Shown here: positions 19,172 through 30,200 of the stretch, piece by piece
How the letters are laid out: each line of letters begins with the position of its first letter
Numbering within the stretch: position 1 is the stretch's first letter
Translations under genes and position numbers: made by a program
The notes under the pieces: model-generated
The model's database searches: none
Told to the model about the DNA's origin: nothing
The model's input: the letters and a program-made list of their open reading frames with translations, nothing else
NCBI GenBank assembly: GCA_047947115.1
Contig: CP170459.1
Coordinates: forward strand, 3,744,001 to 3,808,000
Length of the DNA stretch: 64,000 nt
Source: Verrucomicrobiota bacterium
GTDB lineage: Bacteria > Verrucomicrobiota > Verrucomicrobiia > Limisphaerales > AAA164-E04
Reading direction: 5' to 3'

Positions 19172-20215
19172 ATGAACAAGTTTGTTATTATTCAACTCCT
19201 GATGGGGATGATTCCCTTTCTTTCTGAACTTTCGGCTGAGAAAGCTGACACTTCCGGTATTTTTGACGTTTATTCCTACGAAACACCTCAAATGGGTGTC
19301 CCGTTTCGTATCATTCTTTACACCGATCAGGGCAAGTCCCATGCCGACCGAGCCGCTTCACTGGCCTGGAAACGTATCGCTTCACTCAATCACATTCTTA
19401 GCAACTACGAAACCGAAAGCGAACTGAGCCGCCTGGGTTATGAATCAGGTGAGGGAATCTGGACAAAAGTGAGTGATGACATGTGGACGGTGCTGGCGTC
19501 TGCACAGCGTTTATCGGTTTTATCCGAAGGGGCGTTCGATATGACGTTGGGGCCTGCTACAGCTCTTTGGCGCAAGGTTCGACGAGAAAAGCGAATGCCC
19601 TCGTCATCGGCATTGGACTCCATGTGGGAACGTACTGGTTGGGATCGATTGTTGATGCGGCCTGAGGATCAGTCTGTCTGTCTGACCGTTTCCGGCATGC
19701 GCCTGGATCCCGGAGGGATTGCCAAGGGCTTTGCGTTGGATGAAGCGGTGGAAGTGTTGAAAGAGCAAGGAATACCGCATGCATTGATATCAGGCGGGGG
19801 GGACATGGTCTTTTACGGCGGAAAACCAACCGGAGATCCATGGCAGATTCGCTTGGCCGGTTTTACGGAAAGCAGGGAAGAAGGCCCGATGATTGAATTG
19901 AAGGATGGCGCGGTGGCTACTTCGGGTGATCTTTTTCAATATGTGGAAATCGATGGTGTTCGGCATTCGCACATTCTCAACCCCCGAACAGGTCTCGGGC
20001 TCACCGTCCGTACCTTGACCACAGTCATTGCCTTCACAGGCATCCAGGCGGATTCCCTGGCAACGACCTTGTCCGTGCTTGGGCCTCAGCGGGCACCCGC
20101 ATGGACTGAAAAGCATGTGAATGATTGTGGGGTGAGAATGTTGTGGCTGGACGAGGATGTTGTCACCCGCGAATGGGTACATGATGATCAGAACTCTTGG
20201 TTTGGATCCAGGTGA
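19172..20215 (+). CDS. apbE: FAD:protein FMN transferase
   Basis: Motifs MGVPF, SELSRL, SEGAFDMTLGP, LDPGGIAKG, GGD, AVATSGD, HILNPRTG and ADSLAT. Start 19172 or upstream. Confidence 0.93.
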   Translation: MNKFVIIQLLMGMIPFLSELSAEKADTSGIFDVYSYETPQMGVPFRIILYTDQGKSHADRAASLAWKRIASLNHILSNYETESELSRLGYESGEGIWTKVSDDMWTVLASAQRLSVLSEGAFDMTLGPATALWRKVRREKRMPSSSALDSMWERTGWDRLLMRPEDQSVCLTVSGMRLDPGGIAKGFALDEAVEVLKEQGIPHALISGGGDMVFYGGKPTGDPWQIRLAGFTESREEGPMIELKDGAVATSGDLFQYVEIDGVRHSHILNPRTGLGLTVRTLTTVIAFTGIQADSLATTLSVLGPQRAPAWTEKHVNDCGVRMLWLDEDVVTREWVHDDQNSWFGSR

Positions 20216-20273
20216 TTCAGGCTTTGCTGAAGCAGATGTTGAATAATTAAGTGATAAAGGTTAGAAATTTTCC

Positions 20274-20582
20274 ATGTTCGTAAACGCCGGACCAATGGTT
20301 TTGCCGGGCATCGATCCGCGGTCAGATCAGCAAACGAAGGAATTCCTTGATTCGGGATACCTCGTGATTTGCTGGGATGATCCCATCAATCTGATGGATT
20401 ACGTCACACACGTCTTCCAAAAGGTCTTTGGGTGGAATCGAGCCAAAGCCGAACATCATATGATGGAGGTACATCAGCAGGGAAAAAGTTTACTGACACG
20501 CGCGAGCATGGAAACAGCAGAGCATTACGTGCATCAATTGCACCGGTATAATCTCCATGCCACCATGGAAAAAGCTGAATGA
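20274..20582 (+). CDS. clpS: ATP-dependent Clp protease adaptor
   Basis: VICWDDPINLMDYVTHVFQKVFG...MMEVHQQGKS. Confidence 0.93.
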   Translation: MFVNAGPMVLPGIDPRSDQQTKEFLDSGYLVICWDDPINLMDYVTHVFQKVFGWNRAKAEHHMMEVHQQGKSLLTRASMETAEHYVHQLHRYNLHATMEKAE

Positions 20583-21043
20583 AATTGATTCGCAAGGGAG
20601 ATGGGCGTTTTGACATGGCGCTGGATGTTGAGGAATGGCAGGCGTTAAAAAAGCTGGTCAGCCAGTATCCCAAAACCCCCGCGGACCACCACTCCTTGAC
20701 ATGCAAAGATGAACCTGACCCGGATCTGAAGGATTCCGATGATTGGTTGAAGGAAAGCGGTAGCGTTCATCAGGCGCAACGCCATCGACAAATCAGGGCA
20801 TGGATCGACTCCATTCATCCTGATCAAGATGAGGCAACCTATAAAATTGAATTCGACCCTTCGAAGGCGGATTGGTTGATCGAGATTTTGAATGACATTC
20901 GTGTTGGCTGCTGGTTGAGCCTGGGATGTCCGGCACCGGAAGATTTGACAGAGGCTGAGTGGAGGGAAGAGGATTGGCCGACGTTGTGGGCGATGGAGAT
21001 TTCCGGGATGTATCAGTCCGTCCTTCTGAAATGTTTGATGTAG
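20579..21043 (+). CDS. DUF2017-like protein
   Basis: ATGA overlap with clpS. 'WLIEILNDIRV' resembles the WL..LND.RL motif of DUF2017, a family usually found next to clpS. Confidence 0.6.
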   Translation: MKLIRKGDGRFDMALDVEEWQALKKLVSQYPKTPADHHSLTCKDEPDPDLKDSDDWLKESGSVHQAQRHRQIRAWIDSIHPDQDEATYKIEFDPSKADWLIEILNDIRVGCWLSLGCPAPEDLTEAEWREEDWPTLWAMEISGMYQSVLLKCLM

Positions 21044-21064
21044 TTCAACCGACTGATCGTCACC

Positions 21065-21781
21065 ATGGTCGCTTTTCTTGAGAAAAAACTTTGGTTTCCT
21101 GATCCGCGCACCTATGACCGGTACCTGGATGAGGGGCTGCTCGCTGTTGGGGGCGACATGAGTGTGGAGCGACTCAAACTTGCCTACCGACTTGGGATAT
21201 TTCCCTGGACCGAAAAGCCGATCACCTGGTGGTGTCCGGATCCCAGGGGGATCTTCGACCTGCAACGGCTGAGAATATCGCGCAGTCTGGCGAAATTCAT
21301 CCGCAAGAAGGTGTATCATTGCACCTTCGACCAGGCGTTTGAACAAGTGATTCGGGCGTGTGCCGAAACGCCACGTCCGGGGAGTTGGATTACGGAATCC
21401 TTTATCCAGGCTTATGTTCGCCTTCACGAAGCGGGGGCAGCCCATAGTGTGGAATGTTGGCATGGAGATCGATTGGTCGGTGGTGTGTATGGAGTGGCGG
21501 TTGAGGGTCTTTTTGCGGGGGAATCCATGTTTTATCGAGCCAGTAATGCATCCAAAGTTGCTTTGGTCCATCTGACCGATCATTTAAACCGGCGCGGGTA
21601 TCAATTGTTCGACGTGCAGATGATCACTCCTGTGACGGAAAGCCTGGGAGCCCGGCTTGTGTCCAGGAACGATTACTTGTCCCGCTTGAAGGCCGCACTT
21701 TCCCATCCTTGCACATTTGGAGGGGATGAAGCAGAATCCGGACGTGAACCCAGGACATCCCAGCCAAATCATCCGCAATAG
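21065..21781 (+). CDS. aat: Leucyl/phenylalanyl-tRNA--protein transferase
   Basis: Motifs GLLAVGGD, AYRLGIFPW, WWCPDPR, AHSVECW, FAGESMFY and ASKVAL. Confidence 0.96.
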   Translation: MVAFLEKKLWFPDPRTYDRYLDEGLLAVGGDMSVERLKLAYRLGIFPWTEKPITWWCPDPRGIFDLQRLRISRSLAKFIRKKVYHCTFDQAFEQVIRACAETPRPGSWITESFIQAYVRLHEAGAAHSVECWHGDRLVGGVYGVAVEGLFAGESMFYRASNASKVALVHLTDHLNRRGYQLFDVQMITPVTESLGARLVSRNDYLSRLKAALSHPCTFGGDEAESGREPRTSQPNHPQ

Positions 21782-23993
21782 GAGTTTGAAACAGCGTTTT
21801 CAGGGGCTTGTCAGCACCGTCTTGGTGCACGGTCTCTATTATGTGATTCTGTCGGGCAGCCTGCTGCTTGCCCAGGAAATGTTGAATGAGGAACATCTCG
21901 CTCAAAAGGTCAACTCATCTATTGTGACCATCCGGCATCTGGACCGGACGGGACAGGAAAGTGGTATCGGAACGGGATTCATCATCGGGGAGGACGGGCT
22001 TGTTGCCACCAGCCTGCATGTCATCGGCGAATCCAGGGCAATAGAAGTCATATTGGCCGATGGATCAAGGCATGAACCGGTTGCCATTCATGCCTGGGAC
22101 CGTACCTTGGATCTTGCGGTGATCCGCCTGGAGAAAACCGGTCTAAACGCATTGCCATTGGGAGATTCGGATGTCTTGTCGTCGGGTGAAAAGGTGGTTG
22201 CCGTTGGGAATCCGATGGGACTGGAGCGGAGTGTGGTGAGTGGCTTGATTTCCGGATTTCGGCGCTTTGAACATTCCCGAATGATCCAATTGGCCATCCC
22301 CATCGAACCGGGAAACAGTGGAGGTCCACTTTTCAATGTTCGGGGAGAGGTTCTGGGATTGCTCAATATGAAGTCAACCTTGACCCCGAACCTGGGGTTC
22401 GCCACCCCCGTAAACGCACTCAAACCGCTGCTGGCACGTCCCAATACGGTCAAGATGGCTCGATGGTTGAGATTGGGCAGCTTGGATGCATCACGATGGG
22501 TTTCCAGTATGGGAGCCTTGTGGAGTAGTAAGGTTGATCGGATTTCTGTGCAGGGGCAGGGTAGTGGTTTTGGGGGACGCTCACTCTGTCATTTTCATGA
22601 GCAGCCCAAGGCATTTCCGTATGAAGTGGAAGTTCGGGTCAAACTGGCGGATGAATCCGGTGCTGCAGGGTTGATATTCGGATCGGATGGCAAAGACCGG
22701 CAATACGGTTTTTATCCGAGCAACGGGCAGATGCGACTGACGCGTTTTGAAGGACCTTCGGTGTATCAATGGACGATCCTGAATCAAATCCAATCACCCC
22801 ATTATCGCGAGGGAGATTGGAACACGATCAAAGTAAGACATTCAGAACACCATATAAAGTGCTATGTCAATGATCAGTTGGTGATTGAATCTTCGGATAA
22901 TGGGCTGTCGCTGGGCCAGATCGGATTGGCAAAGTTTCGGGATACGCAGGCTGATTACTCGGGCTTTGTGGTCAACACCGGACTGGGTGTTGATTACGAG
23001 TTGTTGGATGATGGCCGGTGGGAGCAGGCGATGAGAGGACTTGAATCCTATCTGAATTCATCAGAACCCTCCTCGGAAGTTCTATTGAACCAAGTAAAAA
23101 CCCTGAGCCCGGAACAACTCGGGCACATGGCTGATATCCTGGCTGATCGGGCAGAGCAATTGCGCCTGCTTTCGGCAGACGCCCACCGTGCCCGGATGCA
23201 GACCAAATTGAGTGAAGAACTCAGCAAACCTGAAGAAGAGATCAACTTGCTTTATGCTTGTCTGATCATTGCCCAGCATGATCATCCCGATTTGAATCTA
23301 ACCGCCTATCTGGACGCCGTCGATGGCATGGCCCGGGAAATCCTGAGTAGACACAATGGAGGCGCATCGCCACAAGAATTGATGAGCTCGTTATTGGAGT
23401 ATTTGTTTGAGGAAAACGGTTTTCATGGGAGCTACGCAGATTACGAAAACGCCGCGAACAGTTACCTGCACAAGGTTATCGATGATCGCGAAGGATTACC
23501 CATCACCCTGTCTGTTCTTTTTATCGAGCTGGCGGAGCGATTGGGGATTCATGGGGTGACGGGACTTCCGTTGCCGGGGCATTTTCTGGTTCGGTATGAA
23601 TCAGGAGCCGAATCCGTGCAATTGATCGATGTCTTTGAAGGCGGCAAGCGAATGAGTTTTACCGAGGCAAATCTACTGGCAGAGTCGCTGCAGCAAAGTC
23701 CGGTCAACAGTGAGCAGATGACATCTGCAAGTAAAATGGAAATCATTCGGCGCATTCTCACCAATTTGAAATATGGAGCACAGAATAAGGAAAGCTTTGA
23801 AAAAGCCTTGCCTTATGTCGATCTGCAGATTGCCATTGCTGCAGACGATGTGGGACTGCGGCTTGAACGTGCCACCATGCTGCTTCGGACGGGGCAACGC
23901 GAAAGAGCGCGACAAGACTTTCTCTGGCTTCTTGAAAAACGCCCGCCCGGCATTCGGTTGGAGCGCATACGCCAAGCCTTGGAAACACTTTGA
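21717..23993 (+). CDS. S1C trypsin-like serine protease + DUF1080-like + transglutaminase-like (SirB1-type) + TPR fusion
   Basis: Protease motifs GTGFII, TSLHV, DLAVI and PGNSGGP. SirB1-type motifs NSYLHKVIDDREGLPITLS and LPGHFL. Start uncertain. Confidence 0.82.
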   Translation: MEGMKQNPDVNPGHPSQIIRNRSLKQRFQGLVSTVLVHGLYYVILSGSLLLAQEMLNEEHLAQKVNSSIVTIRHLDRTGQESGIGTGFIIGEDGLVATSLHVIGESRAIEVILADGSRHEPVAIHAWDRTLDLAVIRLEKTGLNALPLGDSDVLSSGEKVVAVGNPMGLERSVVSGLISGFRRFEHSRMIQLAIPIEPGNSGGPLFNVRGEVLGLLNMKSTLTPNLGFATPVNALKPLLARPNTVKMARWLRLGSLDASRWVSSMGALWSSKVDRISVQGQGSGFGGRSLCHFHEQPKAFPYEVEVRVKLADESGAAGLIFGSDGKDRQYGFYPSNGQMRLTRFEGPSVYQWTILNQIQSPHYREGDWNTIKVRHSEHHIKCYVNDQLVIESSDNGLSLGQIGLAKFRDTQADYSGFVVNTGLGVDYELLDDGRWEQAMRGLESYLNSSEPSSEVLLNQVKTLSPEQLGHMADILADRAEQLRLLSADAHRARMQTKLSEELSKPEEEINLLYACLIIAQHDHPDLNLTAYLDAVDGMAREILSRHNGGASPQELMSSLLEYLFEENGFHGSYADYENAANSYLHKVIDDREGLPITLSVLFIELAERLGIHGVTGLPLPGHFLVRYESGAESVQLIDVFEGGKRMSFTEANLLAESLQQSPVNSEQMTSASKMEIIRRILTNLKYGAQNKESFEKALPYVDLQIAIAADDVGLRLERATMLLRTGQRERARQDFLWLLEKRPPGIRLERIRQALETL

Positions 23994-23998
23994 ACGGA

Positions 23999-25816
23999 CT
24001 AGTCCGCGATGAAAAACACCTGCTTATTGTGGGGGAAAAAGGAGTAGGGGGAGGTGGCGTTCTGGATGACGCTGTAGGGGCCTTCCACTCGGGCCGATGA
24101 CAATAGTTTGCCGGTAAATTCAACAACAATCTTTCCGTCCGTGCTGAGTTGAATGGATTGAATGCTTGCGGGAGCCTCTTTTGACAGCCAGTAACCGTAG
24201 AACCTGGCATCGGCAAAATCGGAGATAATCAGGGCTTTTCCATCCGACCACATGCCGGATGGGCTTAAGTTTCCGGCGGTCTTCAGGGAGTCGAATTCTT
24301 TCTCAACAATCCTGGATTTGTCCTGCATGCTGTAGGCATAGACCTTGTCGTCTTCCCAGTCAGCAACCCACATGGTGTCGCCGTCGGACCATAAGGCGGA
24401 AGGAGCCTTGTTGCCTGCATTTTCCAGGGTGTTGAAATCCAGTTCGGGTACCGCCTGGCCCGAAGCCAGATCATAAGCGTAAATCTTGTGGTCCTCCCAA
24501 TCAGCAATCCACAGGGTTTGTCCGAGGATGAACATGCCCCTCGGCCAATGGTTGCCTGTTGCGGACAGAGATGAGATTTCGGATTGAGGAACGCGTTCCA
24601 AGGTTGAGAGGGAATAAGCATAGACATGGTCGTCCACATCATCCACCACATACATGATGAGCCCATCGGAACAGATGCCCGTCGGGCTGCCATTGCCGGC
24701 GCTTTCCAACAATTCTTTAGGCAGATCCAATGATTCATTTCTTTCACCGGTTGTGGCGTTGTAGGCATAGATCATGTTGTCCTCAATGTCTGCAGACCAC
24801 AATGTGGCGCCATCGGACCAGATGCCGGTGGGGTGGATGTTTCCAGGCTCAGCCAGCGAGTCCCAGTCCAGATCACGATTTCGAGATGTATCAGATGCGA
24901 TATCGTCCATGGGAGTGGGGGCGGCGATTTGGGCGGCATACACCCTTCCTTGTCGCCAGTCGGACACCCACATCGTGCTTCCATTCGACCAGAGTCCGGC
25001 CGGACTGGTGACGCCGGCTTCTCTCAGTGACTGGTAGTCGAGATCCTTTGCAGCATCACGCTTTCCGGTGGCCAGATCATAGGCGAAAATTTTCCCGTAA
25101 GTAGTTCCGCTCCAGGGTTTGAATCCTCCCTTATCGGCGACATAGAGTGTCGTGCCGTTGGACCAGATGTCACTGGGACTCAAATTGCCATCGGCTTCCA
25201 GGTTATTGATGTCCCGATTCGGCAACCGTTGGGTCGTTGCCAAGTCATAGGCGTAAATTTTTGTATCTTTGGCATCGGCAACCCACATGATGGTTCCGTC
25301 TGACCAGATGCCGGTGGCTTCGGTATTGCCGGCAGGCAGCAGGGAGTCGAATTCCTTTTCCGGTTGCCGTGTGGTCGTGGACAGGTCGTAGGCAAACAGG
25401 CGATCTTCAAAATCATCACACACCCACATGGTTTTTCCATCGGACCAGATTCCCCTCGGAGAACGGTTTCCTGCGGGTGTCAGGCTGTCAAAGTCATGGG
25501 CATGATCTCTGGCTCCGGAGATGCTGTATGCAAACAGTTTGCTGAGCAGCCCCCAGTCGGAGGACCAAATGGTAGTCCCATCTGACCAAAGTCCGACAGG
25601 TCGCCCGTTCCACCCGGCTGCATCGGTAAAGAACCTCAATTGAAACTGTGCCGAAGTCCCAGCCACCAGACCCGGAGCCCAGGCTGAAGGGGTCAGAGAG
25701 AGAGAATCCTGCAATGGGTCTGCTTCCTGTGTCTGCGACCGACCTGTGCCGAGTGTCGCAATGAACCATGTTGCCAGTAGCAAACGGGAGGGATTCGATA
25801 AAAAACTTCGGATCAT
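23999..25816 (-). CDS. Secreted repeat protein, probable beta-propeller (10 x ~48-aa 'GIWSDG..MWVAD..D..YAY' repeats)
   Basis: Signal peptide; two blocks of five repeats; short C-terminal domain. Confidence 0.8.
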   Translation of the reverse strand: MIRSFLSNPSRLLLATWFIATLGTGRSQTQEADPLQDSLSLTPSAWAPGLVAGTSAQFQLRFFTDAAGWNGRPVGLWSDGTTIWSSDWGLLSKLFAYSISGARDHAHDFDSLTPAGNRSPRGIWSDGKTMWVCDDFEDRLFAYDLSTTTRQPEKEFDSLLPAGNTEATGIWSDGTIMWVADAKDTKIYAYDLATTQRLPNRDINNLEADGNLSPSDIWSNGTTLYVADKGGFKPWSGTTYGKIFAYDLATGKRDAAKDLDYQSLREAGVTSPAGLWSNGSTMWVSDWRQGRVYAAQIAAPTPMDDIASDTSRNRDLDWDSLAEPGNIHPTGIWSDGATLWSADIEDNMIYAYNATTGERNESLDLPKELLESAGNGSPTGICSDGLIMYVVDDVDDHVYAYSLSTLERVPQSEISSLSATGNHWPRGMFILGQTLWIADWEDHKIYAYDLASGQAVPELDFNTLENAGNKAPSALWSDGDTMWVADWEDDKVYAYSMQDKSRIVEKEFDSLKTAGNLSPSGMWSDGKALIISDFADARFYGYWLSKEAPASIQSIQLSTDGKIVVEFTGKLLSSARVEGPYSVIQNATSPYSFFPHNKQVFFIAD

Positions 25817-25923
25817 GATGGAATCGCTTCAGTAATAATGTCGTTGGTTGAATGATTGACTCCCTGTCAGTTGGAGGCCTTTCACTTTATCGTGAGCTTA
25901 CCCCCCTGACTTGTGGACGAGCA

Positions 25924-26994
25924 TTACGGAAGAGGCACGGTTCCTTCAGGGAACAACCACTCCCACACTTGCTCATCCTCAAAACCGGTCAAGTCCTTGA
26001 AAGGAGTGCTCAGGCTGCTGAATCGTCTGTCTACATCGAAAGCGGCATCGATTGTTGGGATCAATTCATCCAGAGGATGTCGGTAGGCCTGCAGGATCTC
26101 AGGCAGTTGCTCGCAGAGCAACGCTGCCATCAGGTAGGCACCTGTCCGGGAAAAGTGTGAGAGATCATCGCATTCATTGCCGCAGACGGTGATAAAGGCG
26201 CTGGAAATAATGCCCATGCGCGCGTAGACCTCCGCGCTTTTCAGGTTCAGGTCTAGATATTGGGAATGTTTTTGGTTGGCAATCTTGATGACGCTGTCCC
26301 GTCGCTCCGCAAGTTCATTGATGTGGTTGTCTTTGGCGTCATACAAGCGGATGGCAACCGGTGTGACCAAAAGCGGTACCGCGCCGATACCTCGGATTTC
26401 ATCGACAATCTTGCCCAGGTTTTCCTCAAAGAGAGCCGTGCTGGTGCCGTCCCTGTGTTCAATATGCCCAAACTGAAGTATGACAAAGTCAGGTTGCAGC
26501 ACCTCCAGCGCTTTTGTCTTGTTGCGGGCAAAGTATTGAATCGTGCCCATTCCCGCTTCAGCGAGGTTGATGAAGTTGGCTTCCGGTCTGAAAAAATCCT
26601 GAAAATGCTGGCCCCAACCATGGTATTGAATGGATAATGCCGAAAGGTCAGCCATGGTCGAATCTCCCAGAAGCACCACCCTTGGCTCAAATTCGTCCAA
26701 ATGAACATCCGGGACCAACTGGACAAATCCCTGATCTCCTTCAGGAAAACTCAAAGGCACACGGTCCGAAGGCAGAAACACGTCACCAGGATCACTCCAT
26801 GAGGTCAAGTCAGAGGAAAACCGTGGACGATAGGCCCTGCGCTCTTCCACTTGCCCGGTCCAGGAAGTGTCGTCGCCCACCTGGTAACGGATGATCTGGG
26901 CATGGGCCCAACCGGCAAGAAACAAAATGGCCAAGGTAATTCCTGTGCGCTGCAAGCTCTTCAAACTGATTGTCATAGTTTTCAATGTTTCCAT
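25924..26994 (-). CDS. SGNH/GDSL esterase, rhamnogalacturonan acetylesterase-like
   Basis: Motifs LLGDSTM, GWGQ, NLA..G, IQFGH-type block and D..HF. Confidence 0.85.
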   Translation of the reverse strand: METLKTMTISLKSLQRTGITLAILFLAGWAHAQIIRYQVGDDTSWTGQVEERRAYRPRFSSDLTSWSDPGDVFLPSDRVPLSFPEGDQGFVQLVPDVHLDEFEPRVVLLGDSTMADLSALSIQYHGWGQHFQDFFRPEANFINLAEAGMGTIQYFARNKTKALEVLQPDFVILQFGHIEHRDGTSTALFEENLGKIVDEIRGIGAVPLLVTPVAIRLYDAKDNHINELAERRDSVIKIANQKHSQYLDLNLKSAEVYARMGIISSAFITVCGNECDDLSHFSRTGAYLMAALLCEQLPEILQAYRHPLDELIPTIDAAFDVDRRFSSLSTPFKDLTGFEDEQVWEWLFPEGTVPLP

Positions 26995-27291
26995 TCCTTT
27001 AGATGAAGGTCGATGCGGCGTCCGGACACAACTGGATTACGTGTTCAAGAGACGCCGGTTGATTGCTGATCGCCTTAAAAACGGAGTACGAACCGTACCG
27101 AAATGAGGTGGCATGTGCAATCCTAAAAGGCCATCAAGATCACCCAATACAAGGGGATACATTAATGGTTTTTCATTTCCCATTTCCCCAGGCGGACAAG
27201 ACCATTCGTGAGAATCCTTAGCGCTCAATTTATTCCATAAAGTTTGCGTTTGATCTTTATTGTTTCTATCTGGCAACGTTTGAAAGATATC

Positions 27292-30200
27292 ATGACAAGA
27301 GATCTGCTTAAACAAACCTGCAAAAAGCCCGTGCAGACGTTCTGTGTCCAGTCTGGCCCAGGCATGCAAGCTTTCCTGGTTTGGATGGCTTGTTTCCTCT
27401 TTTCAATGCAGGTCAATGCCCAGGTGCATACGATTCGAATCGACGAGGTCATGCCGCATAATGGCCGTACTTTGTCGGACGAATCCGGCAAATTCCCTGA
27501 TTGGGTGGAGCTTGTCAATACAGGCAATCAAGTGGTGGATTTGCGTGATCATGGATTGTCCATCGATCCGGAAAGGCCATTTTTGTTTCAATTTCCCACC
27601 TATCAACTGGCGCCAGGAGAGCGTGTGGTTGTTTTCTGTTCGGGACGTGATGATGTTCCGTTGGCGCCGGTAAGGCCAAGAGGAGAATCGGCCGTCAAGC
27701 CTTCCATGGACGGCGTGGTGTTTCATCTGGATGCGTCGGTGCAAGGCGCTTTTGAACTGCATGGAAACGGGGGGATTGCACAGTGGGCGGATCAGAGCGG
27801 GCAAGGCCATCATGCCCGCCAAACAGAACCGGAAAGGGCGCCCGTTTTCTCACGACTTGCGCCTCAAGGAACACCGGCCGTTTTCTTTGACGGCGAAAAT
27901 GATTTTTTTGAGTTGGATCCATTGAATAACACTAAAATGGTGTTTTGGGTCGGCGCTGAACACCCCTTTGCAACGGATGATTTTCGTCCCATCCTGGGAC
28001 ACTCGACCCAGAGCCCAATGATCCGGGGTTCGAACCACCAACTGGTGCATCACTGGTACGGAACAACCTGGCTGAATTCCGGGATTTTTATGAACGGGCA
28101 GTTGATTGATGGAGCCATTGAAGCTGCCCCGCTGTCCACTGCGTTGCTGACGTTTCGAACCCAGGCGCCACAGGCCATCAATACGTTGGGAACCGACCGG
28201 TTCATTGATAATCAATATTGGCATGGTTGGTTTTCCGAACTGATCTTTTTCGATCGCCTTCTTGGTAGTGATGAAGAAGCGGAAATACAGCGTTATTTGA
28301 TGGAAAAATGGGGCTTGCCGACACGTTATTTCCACGCGCCCTTTACGTTGCCGAATGAGAATGGGCTCCTGTTGTTGTCCGGTCCCGAAGGCGCTAGGTT
28401 GGACGCAGTCGCGTTGAAAAGGACCCTGAGGGATGTGTCCCTGCAAAGATTGGCTGACCGCAACGAGTTTGGTTTTGTGAAACATCCGTCGCCCGGATCT
28501 CCCCCGCAGGACAATGGTTACATGGGGATTCTTGAACCTGTTCATGCTTCGATCGCAGCGGGGGTGTATGATCAACCCGTATCGGTGGAACTCGGCCACG
28601 AGGATGGTGCTGTTCAGATTCGCTACACCTTGAACGGCGATGAACCGGGAGAGGACTCGATACTTTACTCCACCCCCATCAGCATCGCACGGTCCAGCGT
28701 CCTCAAAGCCAAAGCGTTCCGCCAGGATTATTTGTCGGGTGAGACCATGACGGCGTCCTATCTCATTGAATTTCCAACCACGATACCCGTTGTCTCCATC
28801 AGCGGACCTCCCGATGACTGGTTCAGCGCCGAAAGAGGTATTTATGCACTGGGCGAACGTGCCGACGCCGAGCGCCCACATTTTGGGGCGAACTTTTGGC
28901 AGGCCTGGGAGCGGGAAGTGGAGTTTGAATGGTTCGAACCTACTGGGGAACGAACGCATCAACAAAGGGCCGGAGCCAAGATTCATGGTGGGTGGTCCAG
29001 GGCATCAGATCAAAAATCCGTCGTGCTGATTGCCAGATCTCGTTACGGAAACAACCGGTTTGATGGCCGCTTTTTTGACTCCAACGAAAAGGTATCCGTC
29101 AAACAGTTGCTCCTGCGCAATGGTGGCAATGACTGGACACTTGCCATGCTGCGCGATCCGCTTGGGCAATCCCTGATGGGTGACATTGGATTGGACACCC
29201 AGCCTTATCGACCGGTGCATGTTTTTCTGAACGGCGAATATTACGGGATGCACAATCTGCGTCAGCGCGCCAACGAACATTTTCTTTCGGCAGAAACCGG
29301 GATTCCGGATGATCAGATGGATGTGGTCGCCAGTAATTTCGATGCGCTTGCCGGAGACCATGCCGGAGCGCTGGCGTTCATTCGTTGGATTGCCTTGCAG
29401 GATGCTTCTGATCCGAAATTCGAAGAGGAACTGGAGCGTCAAATGGATTTGGATAATTTCCTGGATTACATGATCGGGGAAATCTGCATTGATAACTTTG
29501 ATTGGCCCAACAACAACGTCCGCTTTTGGAAGGAACGCCAACCGGACGCGCGATGGCGATGGATGCCGTTCGACGTCGACGGAGCCTTCAATCCCCTTGG
29601 TTGGAGCATCCAGGTCAACACCATCCGAAGAATTATCAACTACAAAGTGCATTCCGCTGCCAAGGTGTTCGTAGCTGTCACTGAAAACGAAGCTCTCCTG
29701 CGACGTTTTATCCTGCGGTTTCAGCATCGACTCAACAACACCTTCTCCACTCACAACATGCTTTCCCGCCTTGAATCCATGGCATCGGCAATCCGCCCTG
29801 AAATGCCCCGGCACATCGAACGCTGGAAAGGAAGCAAGGTGGGGAATCTGTCATTCCCAAACACAATCAATGAATGGGAAGAGCGCCTGGACGTTATCCG
29901 GGAATTTGCCAGCGAGAGACCCGATGCGATACGTGGATTTGTGGCTTCGGAGTTTGGATTGGAAGAGCCCGTCTCCATTCGGTTGAATGTGCCTTCGTCT
30001 GATACTGGTGAGATCAGGATCGACGGATTGCCGTTGGTTCACCCCCAGGATGGCCCGTGGGAAGGACAGTTTTTCACGGAATACGACATCACTGTTTCGG
30101 CGCAACCAAAAAACGGATTTGCGTTTCGAGGTTGGGCCGAGTTGAACACCACCTCCCCGGAAATCACGGTGAGCCCTTCCCGGATTCGTTCTCTGACACC

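Noticed and set aside
20645..21583. 312-aa antisense ORF, and other long shadow ORFs such as 27850..28986, 30718..32025, 52693..53556 and 63380..63961
   Set aside because: They lie opposite well-supported genes and show no recognisable motifs.
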